Shown here: positions 23,755 through 36,090 of the stretch, piece by piece
Numbering within the stretch: the first letter of the stretch is position 1
Layout: each line of letters begins with the position of its first letter
Source of the DNA: Hemiscyllium ocellatum
Lineage: Eukaryota
Assembly (NCBI RefSeq): GCF_020745735.1
Contig: NC_083410.1
Coordinates: forward strand, 4,128,117 to 4,192,116
Length of the DNA stretch: 64,000 bases
Reading direction: 5' to 3'
Notes under the pieces: generated by a model
Databases searched by the model: none
The model's input: the letters and a program-made list of their open reading frames with translations, nothing else
Told to the model about the DNA's origin: nothing
Translations under genes and position numbers: made by a program

Positions 23755-24103
23755 CACACTAACATGTCCATTAACTGGAGCAGTGTAACAAATAATGTGG
23801 CTACAACAGCAGGTCGAGGTGGATAGCTCACACTCTGCCTCCCACAGCATGCCTACCATCTATCGACAAAGCAGAAATCAGGAGGATGATGGAACAACTT
23901 GCCTGGATGGGTGCAGCTCCAACAACACCCACACTAACCTGTCCATTAACTGGAGCAGTTCACAAATACTGTGGCTACAAGAGCAAGTCAAGGTGAGTAA
24001 CTCACACTCTGACTCCCATAACCTGTCTACCATCTATCGACAAAGCAGAAATCAGGAGGGTGATGGAACAACTTGCCTGGATGGGTGCAGCTCCAACAAC
24101 ACT
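23755..24103 (+). repeat. 175-bp tandem duplication within a LINE-derived repeat
   Basis: Two copies start CACACTAAC at 23755 and 23930 and share TACCATCTATCGACAAAGCAGAAATCAGGAGG...GCAGCTCCAACAACAC. Confidence 0.85.
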
Positions 24104-24983
24104 CAAGAAGCTTCATGCCATCCAGAAGAAAGCAGCCCACCTGATTGGCACCACAACTAACACCTTCAACATTCACTCCCTTTTACACTGATGGACAGTG
24201 TGTACCATCTACAAGATGCCCCTCTGTAACTCACCAAGACTCCACCAACAGCAGCTTCTGAATCCACAGCCTATCTCATCTGAAAAGACAAAGGCAGCAG
24301 GTACATGAGGCAGCATCTCTTTCAGGTTCTCCTCCAGGCACTCCCCATCCTAACTTAGAAATACTGTGTATAACTTGTGTAAAATTTTTAGCTCAGGAAA
24401 GCAGCTCACCATGACCTTCTCAAAACATACGAGATATAACCTGGAGTAGGCCATTCAGCCCATTGTGCCTGCACTGCCTTTCAACACAATCATGGCTGAT
24501 CATCTCACTCAGTCCATTGTTCCCATGTTCTCCCCTTACGCTTTGAACCCTTCAGCCCTCAGAACTATATCTAACTCTCCCTTGAAGACATTCAATGTTT
24601 TGGCCAAAGCTGCTTCCTGTGGCAGAGAAAACATTTCTTCTCAAGGGCCATTCATGATGGACAAGTACCAGCCCGGCTAGTGTTGGCCCCATCATAAGAG
24701 TGAATGAAACAAAGCCAGACAGAGACAGGAGAATCCAACACTGAGAATAAACGAGACGGAGAAGCAGAAAGACAGACAGAAGAGAAAGAGTTTGAGATTG
24801 AGGAACTGGTCCAAGAGAAGAAACAGTTTATTCTATCTGTGAGTAAAAGCCGAGAATTGTTCTATGTTTATATCGAGCTCTCTGCTTACTCTTTACCAGA
24901 GGAATTTAACACATTCTTCTCTCCAATAAGTCCATGTGGAAATGATTACTGTATCAGATTATTCTAAGGTAAACAAAACTTAC

Positions 24984-25328
24984 CTGTTACCGTCAGTTGG
25001 GTTCCATTCCCACAGATATCTCCCCACACTTTACAGTAATAGACCCCAAAGTCATTGGGCTGTGTGTTAGTTATGGTCAGAATGAAGCTGTTATTGGAGG
25101 GGTCTCTGGAAGACTGGAATCTGTCAGTAAATTCTGGGCTCAATTGTATAATGTTCCTCATGTCATGTGTTAAAACCCATGCCGTCTTATTTTCTGGTTG
25201 CTGCCGGTCCCAGTGAACATTGGTGTGTGTCACTGCAGTGTTCCTCATGGTGCACTGTAACCGAGCAGTGTGACCCTCAGTGACACGTTCTAGCCACAGA
25301 GACTGGTGAAGGACTGGGACATTTGTAC
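24984..25328 (-). CDS. V2: VJ-type Ig V exon (...ARLQCTM...VHWDRQ...GVYYCKVWGDICGNGTQLTVT)
   Basis: Acceptor ctcttaaag| and donor G|GTAAGT. 345 nt, phase 1-1, open. V-set hallmarks present. No adjacent leader or TM exon found. Confidence 0.9.
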
Positions 25329-25459
25329 CTTTAAGAGAAAACATCTGAATAAATTAAAACTCATTTGAACTTTCTGAAGGACTCCAACTTAGAGTTAATG
25401 AGAAAGAGATGGTAAGAGGATCAGAGTGAACCAGTGGGGTTAATTATTCAAAATATATA

Positions 25460-26440
25460 TGACATTATAGACCATAAGACTGCAGGATATAGAAGCAGAA
25501 TTGGTCCATTCAGCCCATCATGTCTGCTCTGTCATTCGATCATGGCTGATAAGTTCCAATCCCATTCTCCTGCTCTCTCCCCATTGATTCATTTGCTCAT
25601 AAGAGCCTATCTATCTTTGTCTTGAATATACACAATGACTTGACCTCTACAGCTCTCTGCAGCAATGAGTTCCACAGATTTACCACCTTTCGTCTGAAGA
25701 AATCCCTCTTCATCTCAGCTGTTATTGATCATCCCTTCACTGTAAGGCTGTGCCCTGGATCGTACTCTCTCCAACAAACATCTTCTCCAACTCCACTCTA
25801 TCCAGACCTCTGAGTATTCTGTGATGAGACAAACTTTATTCACTCATCATAATGTGGTCTCCTCTTCATTTGGGAAATGAAACACAGATTGGGTGCCCCT
25901 TCTCAGAACACCTCCATTATGTCTGCAAAAATGATCCTAACCTCCCAGGTGTTTGCCACTCCAACACACCATCGTGTTCCCTGGCCAACATCTCTGTCTC
26001 AGTCTTGCTGCAGTGCTCTTGTGAAGCTCAGAGCAAACTGGAACAACAGCACCTCATTTTCCACTTGGTTACCCTGAAGCCTTCTGAAATTAATATTGAG
26101 TTAAACAATTTTAGAGACTGAGCACCTTACTCCATGCTTTCCCCTTCCTCTATACACCAGGCCTTGTCATTATACAGTCAGCTACAGCACACTACCCATT
26201 GTCAGTTACTAATTGCTCCGTCAGCAGCTGTTCATTCCTCCAGACTGACCATTACCCACTCCTTTGTGTGTCCAACAGTCCTTCTCTCACACTGGGCTCT
26301 ATCTACATCTATCATTTACCCTCACCATCCTCCCCACCCCATCTTCTGTATAAAAACCATCATTTTCCTTGGTGCCATTAGTTCTGTACAAGGGTCACTG
26401 GACCCACAATATTAATTCTGATTTCTCTCAACAAATGCTG
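25460..26440. mobile_element. CR1 3' fragment (minus) plus diverged PLE-like 3' fragment (plus)
   Basis: NEFHRFTT..LKK antisense CR1 signature, and EQQHLIFHLVTLKPSEINIELNNF, similar to PLE GIY-YIG C-termini. Confidence 0.65.
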
Positions 26441-26539
26441 AGATTTTCCAGCAGTTTTTGTTTTTATCCCCCGAAATGGAATCAGAAGGAGTCTCTGACT
26501 GTTATTGTTTGAAGCACAATGTATTAGTAAGGAAATAAA

Positions 26540-26870
26540 GACCATCCCAAATACCAGGAGATGAGCAATAGACAATGGTCTGTCAGGTGGTCACAGAATG
26601 AAATTTTGCAAACTAGCTCATGAAATACCAATGGCAGCTCATTTAAGGATGAGGAACAATAATCTAATATATTAAAGCGCTTTTATTGGTCAGGATTATA
26701 TAAAGATGTTAAATTTTAGCAGACAAGATGCTCCATGTCGGGACTTGGGGAATCTCCAACCCTCAATTAAAGCTTCACCTTTAATTCTGATCGCAGCTTT
26801 TGAAGAACCGTTTAGCAGGGTCTTAATAGACCGTGTAGGAGCACGACCACAACCCAGGAATGGCAACCAA
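26540..26870 (+). mobile_element. Gypsy integrase fragment
   Basis: LAHEIPMAAHL (H2C2 region) and PLILIAAFEEPFSRVLIDRVG, homologous to the integrase at 31030-31350. Confidence 0.8.
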
Positions 26871-27136
26871 TGGGTCACTGCAGTGGTTCAAGAAGGCAGC
26901 TCAGCACCACCTTCTCAAGGGCAATTAAGGATGGGCAATAAGTGCTGGCCCAGCCAGTGACACCCACATCTCACAAAACAATTAAATAAATTGATGAACC
27001 TGAGCTCAGCTTCTTCCCCACAGAGAATCTATTCCTGAGATCACTGTCCATCACCTTCTCAATCTTCTTGATATCCAATTCATTCATTGGGTAAGAGGTT
27101 ATTACTGGAGGAGATTGTCATGTAAACTCTACTTAC

Positions 27137-27481
27137 TGGTGATATTGATTTGGCTTCCTCTCCCATAGATCCTTCCCCAGACTGAGCAGTAATAGACCCC
27201 AGTATCACTGGGCTGCATGTTTGTGATGGTCAGAGTGAAGCTGTTACTGGAGGAGTCTCTGGAAGACTGGAATTGCTTCGTGAAACCTGGGCTCCATTGT
27301 GTGGAACCATTTCCTGGATGTGTTAAAACACGTTCCATAATTTGCTTTGGGGACAGTCTGTACCAGTGAACATCAGTGTGTGTCACTGTGACGTTTCTCA
27401 TGGTACACTGTAACCGGGCAGTGTGACCCTTGGCAACAAGTTCCAGGCTCGGAGACTGGAGAAGGACTGGACCAGTGATAC
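27137..27481 (-). CDS. V3: VJ-type Ig V exon (...ARLQCTM...VHWYRL...DTGVYYCSVWGRIYGRGSQINIT)
   Basis: Acceptor ttctttaaag| and donor A|GTAAGT. 345 nt, phase 1-1, open. Paralogous to V2 and V4. Confidence 0.92.
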
Positions 27482-27879
27482 CTTTAAAGAAAAATAACAA
27501 TACATTTATTCCCACAAGAGCAGATTCTCTGTTCTGGCGTATTGAAAGGATCTGAAAGGGTGGTAGGAGTTTTGAGTTAAATAGAGAGAACACGTAGTTA
27601 CACTGAACAATTGAGATGCATCTGTGACTGATTCAGATTAAAAAATCCATCAACATTAACAGAAATAACTATAAAAAACAGTGTTAAACTATGTCTCTGA
27701 ACTTTTGTCAGAATCTGATCAACATTTTGGACATGCCCATTTTCTACAGCAGGATCAAAACTCAGGTTCATTTCCATCTGGAAGGATAAGAGCAGCAAAT
27801 AGATGAGAACACCACCCTCGGAAAGCTACCCTCCAAAACACTCATCACCCTGTCTTAGAATGCATCATTGTTTCTTTGT

Positions 27880-28005
27880 AGTGACTGTAATGAAGTCAGC
27901 CAGGTGGATGTCACAGGACGTGAGTTCCCTGATTGGGACTGTTAACCTGGTCCAATCAGGGAGCCCTGGCTTACAGTAAAGAACAGGAGTATCAGACGTT
28001 CTGCT
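27880..28005 (+). mobile_element. 5' part of a solo LTR interrupted by the Gmr1-like element (continues at ~34458-34560)
   Basis: Matches 40025-40140 and 40381-40480. The two halves join as ...CAGACGTTCTG|TCACTCTGAGAGCTGG..., as at 40391-40420. Confidence 0.7.
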
Positions 28006-31000
28006 TGCTATGGACAAAGTCAGACCCCCTCAAAACATTTCACGAAAGTGGTTCAGACCCTAAATTTGCTCATTGCTTTAAGCAGGTATAACATGAATAT
28101 TCCAGGAGGGATACAGTTGGTCAAACCATGTAGTTTTAAACAAAATAAAATTAATTTATTAGATTACTGAATGAAACACAAACAAAAGAGAACAGAATAC
28201 AGAATAACGTAACCTATCTGAAAACCCAGCAGATCATCCCAACTTCATGATGTTGTTCTGAATATTTGCAACAATTCCCATAAACACTCTTGGCACAAAA
28301 GGTAATATCAAACACATCAAAAATCAAACAAAAGGTAAAATCAAATGCAGGAGAGATGTCAGAGAGAGGATCAGCATGGACCTGCTTCTTTTGGTCCAGC
28401 AGGTTTTACAACTGCCTGGCTGCTTTCAGTGGATAGCCAGACTGCTAAAACCAAATCAAATCAGAGAGCGTTGTGTATCACCTTTTCCCCTTAATAAAAT
28501 GAACTATCAATAAGCAAAGAGTCCACTGAAACCTACAGATTACTTACAGTGTGGAAACAGGCCCTTCAGCCCAACAAGCCCACACCGACCCACCACTCAC
28601 CCAGACCCATTCCCCTACATTTACCACTACAGGCAATTTAGCATATCCAAATCACCGAACCTGCACATTCTTGGATTGCCAGAAAATCGCCTGAGGCGGG
28701 AATTGAACCCAGGTCTCCGGCCCTGTGAGGCAGGGGTGCTAACCACTGTGCCACCGTGCTGCCCACTTCTTGTCTTTCTTTAACAATTCAGTGGGTGGAA
28801 CAGCCACAATGCTAAATTTAGTATGAATTTGTGATAATTTTCAATGTTGGAATCATAGCACTACTATTTTTGTTGATGGTATGGTAAAATCTCCATTTAC
28901 CTTGTGTTTTCCATCCCATGGAGCTCTTTGTCCATGTCCAATAACATGGCCTAGAAGGTGACTTGGCCTTTGGCAAATTGACTTTTGGCTATGTTTGTCA
29001 CCAAGCCTGCCTTCTGAAATCGATCGAACAATTCTGATCAATGTTGCAAATGTTCCTTCCAAGTGTGACTAAAAATCACCAGGTCATCTTTTTTATCGGC
29101 AGCAGTTGGAATGGGAGGAGTGACAGTGAGGACCAAAGGCCTGACAGAAGGTAAATTTTAAAAAGTATAAAGGTTTACCTCACGTATAGGTGGAGCGTAC
29201 ACTGAGCAGGAGCAGACACGGGTCTGCTGGGTAAGTGAGGCTTTATACTTGGGTGGTTGCTTTACCCAAAACACTACTCAGACAGTGTCTCCCACCTGTA
29301 CTGTGCCTCTAACCAAAGAAAATGTTGCGTGCACCAATTGGTGACGTGACTGGTTTCTTTATTTTTAGTTTTTCCAGTAATCTCGCTGAAAATTTAGAAT
29401 AATGGGAATGGAGGTTAGGGCGGTTGAATGTTCCTCCTGCAGAATGGGGGAGGTAAGGGTCACCACTACTGTCCCTGCTGACTTCATCTGCGGAACAGCA
29501 TCCAACTCCAGCTCCTCGTTGATTGTGTTAAGAAACTGGAGCTGGAGCTGAATTCATTTTTGATCATTTGGGATGTGGAGTGGGTTATTGAGAGGAGTTA
29601 CAGGGAGGTAGTCACACTTCAGGTAAAAGAAGAAGGGAGATGGGTTACCATCAGGGGATGGAAAAAGAATTGCAGGCAGCGCAGGGATCCCTTGTGGCCC
29701 TTCCCCTCAACAATAAGTATATAGTTTTGTATACTGTTGAGAGGATGACGTATGAGGGGTAAGCAATGCGGCACAGGAGTTTGGCACAGAGTATGTCTCT
29801 GTTGCTCAGAAGGGAAGGGGGAAGAGGAGCAGAGCAGTAGTCATTGGGGACTTGATAGTTAAGGGAATAGATAAGAGGTTCTGTAGTAACAAGACTGAAT
29901 CACGTTTGGTGTGTTGCCTTCCAGGTGCCAGGGTCCGTGATGTCCCTGATTGTATTTTCAGGATTCTTGCAGGGGAGGGGATCAGCCCCAATTTGTGGTC
30001 TACATAGACACTGTGACGTAGGTAGGAAGAGAAATGGGGATTTAAGCCAGAAATTCAGGGAGCTAGGGTGAAAGCTTAGAGCTAGAACAAACAGAATTGT
30101 TGTCTCTGATTTGTTGAATGTGCCACATGCTAGCAAGGCAAGACATAGGGAGAGTGAGAGGAGTTGAACACGTGTATACAGGGATGATACAGGAGGGAGG
30201 GTTTTGGTTTCCTGGATAATTGGGGCTCTTTCTGTCATATTTGCGACCTCTACAAAGAGGATGGTTTTCACCCGAAACAAAGGTGTACAAATATTCTGGA
30301 GGAGAAATTTGCTAACGCATTTCAGGTGGGCTTAAAGTCATTCAACAGGGAAATGAGAACCAAATTTGTTGTTTGAGTGGACTGGAGGGTGAAGTGAGAA
30401 CTAAGATTTCAAGATCCAATTAGCTACTGGCAGGCAAGGAGTTGGTTTGCTGTGTGTTTACTTCAATGCCAGGAACACCCAGAAAAAGAACTTGCAGCAT
30501 GGGTTGTTACCTGGGCTTTTGATGTTGTGGCCATTTTACAGACATGGATTGAGTAGGGACAGGAATGGTTTGTGTAGGTTCAGGGATTGAGATGTTTCAC
30601 AAAGAACAGAGAAAATCATAAAAGAGGGGTTGGTGTGGCACTGTGTGTCAAGGACAGTATTATGATTGCAAAGAGGACATTTGAGGACTCCTCTGCTGAG
30701 GTAGTAAGGCCTGAAAAACAGGAAAGGAGAGGTTACCCTGTTGGGAGTTTTCTGTTGGCCTCCAAATAGTTCCAGAGACATAGAGGAAAGGATATCAAAG
30801 ATGATCCTCGATAGGAACAAAAGTGACAAGATAGTTATCATGGGGACTTTAACTTTCCAATATTGACTGAGATTACTATAGTTCAAGTGCTTTAGATGGG
30901 TCTGTTTCTGTCCAATGTATGCAGGAGGGTTTCTAGACACAGTATGTAGACAGGCCAACAAGGGACGTGGCCATATTAGATTTGGTACGCAGGATGGTAT

Positions 31001-34000
31001 GCAGTAAATTTGAATTGTTTTAGTCTTCAGCTGTCCATAACTTCCTTGAGTAAATGAGACATGAGGTTTGACCCCTGATCTGATTGCATCTCTGTGGGAA
31101 GTCCGTAACTAATGAAACATTTTAATAATTCCTCCACAATCCTTTTAGCTCTGATACTGTGAAATAAAATAGCCTCTGGAAATCGAGAAGACACACCCAT
31201 TATTGTTATCAAATACTGATTCCCACTTTTTGTTTTAGGTAGGGTTCTTATGCAATCAATTAAGACTCTTGGAAAAGTTTCCTCAAATGCAGGAATAGGT
31301 ATTAAAGGCGAGGGTTTTATTATTGTATGTGGTTTTCCGATTACCTGACATATATGACATAGGAGAAAGTGAGGACTGCAGATGCTGGAGATCAGAGTTG
31401 AGAGTCTGGTTCTGGAAAAACACAACAGGTCAGGCAGCATCTGAGGAGCAAGAGAATTGACGTTTTGGGCAAAAACCATTCATCAGGAACCTTTATGACA
31501 TGCCTGACAAAATTCAATGAGATCCTTGTACAGTCCAGGCCAGTAAAAATATTTTGGATGTTAACTTGACGTTTTCTCACTCCATAATGTCCCTCTAGTA
31601 GCAACTCGTGTGCTGCTCACAACACTTCCGTTCTATAACCAAGTGGCAATATGACTTGAACATCTGCCCATTTCGCATCTGCCTGAATACGTGATGGTAT
31701 CCATTTCCTCAATAAGACATCATTTTTAAGATCATAACATTCAAGGATACATTCAAATTATTTTTCTGTTTATGCCTTTTGATACAATTGCTCTAAATGT
31801 TCATCTTTCTGCTGTAATTCAGTTCATTTATCTGAGCTAAAGATGTCTGCATTATCATCCATCTGCTCTCAGTTTGTGTCCACCATCTGAACAAACAGGG
31901 TCTCTGCTAATTCCACTTCAAGTTTCTTCTCTGAAATCTTTGCTCCCTCTGTATCAACTGGTGACTTTGTGACCTCATTTCCAAACAGTCAGGAAAAATC
32001 CTGCAGTCATTCAATTGTCTGAGTTTCTACCGTCTGTCCAATTACCATAGATAGCACTCTGACCTGTGACCCAGCTATATCATTAGCAGGGACAAATTGT
32101 ATTCCTAGAGCTGAGAGTTTAGTCCAGTACTTCCACCATGACTTACCTATTCTTCACCGGACAATCTAAGATCACTTTACAAGATTGAACATTTCTTGTC
32201 TCACCTTGAATTCCCACTGCTAGCACATTTTCTGGTAACAGCCCTTCAGAAGTACATATATATCCTCATTTTTCAGCATCACAGCTTGAGACAATTCTGT
32301 ATCTCTTAATGTTGTAATGTCTTTACCTGCTGCTCCTGGCCTATGTGGGTAAATTTTATCTTCGCAGGTATATGGTTTAAGAAGATCTGGCACTTCCTCC
32401 TTAACCAACCTCCGACCAGCTTGTACATTCTGGTGCAGCTTTCCAGCCTCCACTGTGCTTTCCATTACCAATTCAAAAAAAAATCACTGGCTTATCCAGT
32501 TTTCCTCTATCTGGCTTCCCAGTGCTTTTCCTAACCCAGCGACACTGTGATTTTATGTGGCTTACTTTATTGCAGTTAAAACACTGAAGCTTTTTAATTT
32601 ATCATTCCCCTTCAAGGATTTCATTTTTAACCTGCGGTAAGTTATCCCTATGATCATCACCAAGATCGACCTTTCCCTTTCTATGCAAGGATTTCTCTTT
32701 TCCCCAATTTCTATCCCCAATTTCATGGATTAAAAAAGGTTTTGAAGCCAAACTTTGATTTACAAACCAACTCATAATCATCAGCCACTTCAGCGGTTAT
32801 CTTGCCTTTATAACTCTCTGCTCTTCCACATGAGTTCTCACTACCTCAGGAAGTGAATTTTTAAACTCCTCCAAAATAATTGAAGAGAGTCATACATTTG
32901 CTCAGTGTTTAATGCCCTTATCCACCTCTCAAAAGTACTTTGTTTGTATGTTCCCTCCTTACATTCCTGAAACATTGCCTATTGGCTTCTGGCACAAATA
33001 CCTCACTCACTCTAACTACAAGTTTTGTTTTGATCAACAAAAGCCATATGGTCATTGGCCATCACATTTGTTGAATAAATTTAAACAGTTTCTCACCAGG
33101 CCTTTAGCTACCATGAGTTTGCTCATCCTCACTCTCTTCCTCACTCAGCTTACCTTCAGCCTACAGCTCCATCCTTTTCAGCTGACTTTCCAGGCTCAGT
33201 GCCAATTTCTGAAGATCAAACCCCCTCTCTTTCCTCCTTTCCTCTCTCTCATTTCTCTCTCTTCTCTCTCTCTTTCTCTTGCAATGTCTTGCTTTTCCCT
33301 CTCTCTTTCTATCTCCTTTCCTCTCTCTTTTTCTCTTTTCTTTTTCTTTTTGTTCAATAATGTGATCCATTTTTTGCTTATTATTTTGCTAATGTGATTC
33401 ATTCTTTTTTTCTTGCCTCTGCTTTTCATCAAAATTCAAACTGTTTCATTTTCAATTAAATTTTAGCCATCCTTAAAGATTCATATGGTGTTTCCAGCAA
33501 ATGTAAATGCTGAGTTATTGATGTAATTATGTCTCCTATCCTCAGGAAAGGAGTTAGCTCCAACCCAAGCTTGTCTGCTAACTCCAGCAGCTTGGCCTTA
33601 ACCCCATTTTGTAAAACCCCCAAGGTGACTTCTGCCAAACCTAGAAAACTCTTGGTGACTGAAAGAGCCATTGCTAACCCAAGCACTGTTTCAACCAACC
33701 GAATTCAACGTCTGGATCAAAGAACACTAACAACTCCCACTTTCCACCTTTAAGTCCAACAAACCTAATCCCAAATCGGAAAGAAAGAACAAATCCAGCA
33801 AAGGACTCCCAATCTGCTATGAGACCAGACCCTCTCAAAACATTTCAAGAAAGTGGGCCAGACCCTAACCTTGCTCCTTGTTTTAAGTAGGTGTAACATG
33901 GATATTCCTGGAGGGATGCAGTTTGTCAAACCAAGTAGTCTGAAACAAAACAAAATGAATGAAACACAAACAAAAGAAAACAGAATAATCAATAACTTAA

Positions 34001-34457
34001 CCTATCCAAAAACTCAGCAGATCATCCCAACTTAATGATGCTGTTCCAAATATTTGCAATAATCTCCATAAACACCTCTTGACACAAAAGGTAAAATCAA
34101 CACAGTGTCTGACTGGAGAGAATTCAGAGAGAGGATCCGCATGGACCTGCTTCTTTGGGTCCAGCAGGTTTTAGAACTGCCTGACTGCTTTCAGTGAATA
34201 GCCAGACTGCCAAAACCAAATCAAACCAAACCAGAGCAAGCTGAGCTGGGAGAATTGGCCACTCCCTACGCATTGTACGAGTGTTTATATTTTAAAATGT
34301 AAAAGCCTCTTGACTGAGGCAGCATCTGTTCACTTTAATTAAACTGTCCCTAAAACCCATCCAAACCCAGACTTTTCAGAATTTGTGTCTTTACGATGTC
34401 TGCGAAAAACAGCTCCAAGAACAACAAAACCTTGCTAAATAAGCATCATCATCATAT
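28006..34457 (-). mobile_element. Degenerate Gmr1-like Ty3/Gypsy LTR retrotransposon (LTR-gag-PR-IN-RT-LTR)
   Basis: LTRs at ~33815-34457 and 28006-28465 (partial). gag coiled-coil ~33700-32700, protease RDTELSQ ~32300, integrase ~31700-31030, RT DDLVIFSHTWKEHLQH / FLGHVIGHGQ ~29090-28770. Confidence 0.75.
29100..31010 (+). mobile_element. CR1 5' half (5'UTR, ORF1 zinc-finger/esterase, start of APE) nested in the Gypsy element
   Basis: MEVRAVECSSCRMGEV..., VVIGDLIV...VCCLPGARVRDV and CVYFNAR motifs. Confidence 0.8.
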
Positions 34458-34619
34458 GATCACTCTGAGAGCTGGCCCTGAGGGAGATGGATCAGTGTCA
34501 AAGACTCTGCACATGTAAATGAAGGGTGACTTGGTGATGAGATACCAACTTCTGTGGAGTTACTTCATCTGTAATGGTCACTATGTCAAAATCGACCACG
34601 ATTGACTGGGTTAATTCCG

Positions 34620-36090
34620 ATTGGGATGTCGCCGATCAGTTTTACAGGATTCTGAAGGGGGAGGGTGAGCAGCCAGCAATTGTGGTACATATTGGCACCA
34701 ATGATATAGCCAGGAAAGGGATTGAGGATCTGAAAAGTGACTACAGACAGCTAGGGCCATTTCTTAGCCATGTCACAGAAATGGCAGATGGAGTTCAACC
34801 TGGATAAATGTGAAGTGATGCATTTTGGAAGGTCAAACTCAAATGCTCAATATAGGATTAAAGACAGGATTCTTGGCAGTGTAGAGGAACAGAGGGATCT
34901 TGGTGTTCAAGTACATAGTTACTTCAAAGTTGCCATCCAAGTGACTAGGGTTGTTAAGAAATCATATGGTGTTTTGGCTTTCATTAATGGGGGATTGAGT
35001 TTAAGAGCTGCAGTTCTACAAGTCCCTGGTGAGACTTGGAATATTGTGTCCAGTTCTGGTCGCCTACTATAGGAAAGATACAGAGGTTTTGGAGAGGGTG
35101 CAAAGAAGGTTTACCTGGATGCTGCCTGGACTGGAGGGCTTGTCTTATGAAGACAGGTTGACTAAGCTCTGACTTTTCTCTCTGGAGAGAAGGAGGAAAA
35201 GAGGTGACCTGATCGAGGGAGACAAGGTAATGGGAGACATGGATAGAGTCAACAGCCAGAGACTTATCCCCAGGGCAGGATTGACTGGCACAGGGGATCA
35301 TAATTTTAAGATATTAGGAGAAAAGTATAGAGGGAACGTCAGAGGTAAGTTCTTTCTGCAGAGAGTTGTGAATGCATAGGAGACTGAGGGGGGATCTTTC
35401 GAAGTGTATAAGCATGCATGGATATTTTGGTTGGCATGGACCAGTTTGGGCCGAAGGAACTGTCTCCGAGCTGTAGGACCTTATGACTCAATGATTCTAT
35501 GATTGATTTGGATAAGGTACCTGGGAGCTGGTGTATGAAGTGTGTTAGGACACAATGTAAACCTCTCTGCCAACTTAAACCAACAATGCTGAAAGGATTC
35601 ACCCCGTGCTGTAATCTGTTAAAATTCGAGAGGCAAAGAACTATCACAGAGGTAAGTATTTGAAGTAAAAATTAATAACATTATCTTTTAAGTCCAACAG
35701 AGAATATTAAAACTAACAACTATTTACAACCTCTTTCTCTTAAACCTATCTTTTCCTTCCCACTCTCTAATACTTGTCGATATCAGGTCGGTTTTACCTC
35801 CCAGTAGTGATGGAAGCAGAGTGATTGGGGACATTTAAGCTACTGCTGAACATGCACATGGACAGCAGTGAATTGAGGGGTGCTTGGTTTGGTTATTTTA
35901 TTTTACATGAGGATTGATCCTCGGCACGACATCATGGGCTGAAGGGCCTGTTACGTGCTATACGTTTCTATGTTCTAAATCCCGGAATTCCCTCCCTCAG
36001 GGCATTGTGGATTGACCTACAGCACATTGACTAGTGGAGTAGGCTAGATGGGCCAAATGGCCTACTTCTATTCCTGTATTTTACTGTCAT
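34620..36090 (+). mobile_element. CR1 fragments, interrupted by the left arm of an inverted duplication
   Basis: WQMEFNLDKCEVMHFGRSN (track ORF 34770..35072) and a CR1 3' end near 36050. Confidence 0.8.

Noticed and set aside
24640-24838. Acceptor ttttactcacag after V2 as a TM exon
   Set aside because: The in-phase translation is Ser-rich and not a TM helix. It is a pyrimidine-rich intronic tract.
26378-26575. Hydrophobic ORF start as a leader for V2
   Set aside because: Lies in or next to antisense Gypsy/PLE sequence and has no phase-1 donor.
33161-33432. Charged coiled-coil ORFs as a host gene
   Set aside because: Part of the Gypsy gag between the LTR and the protease.
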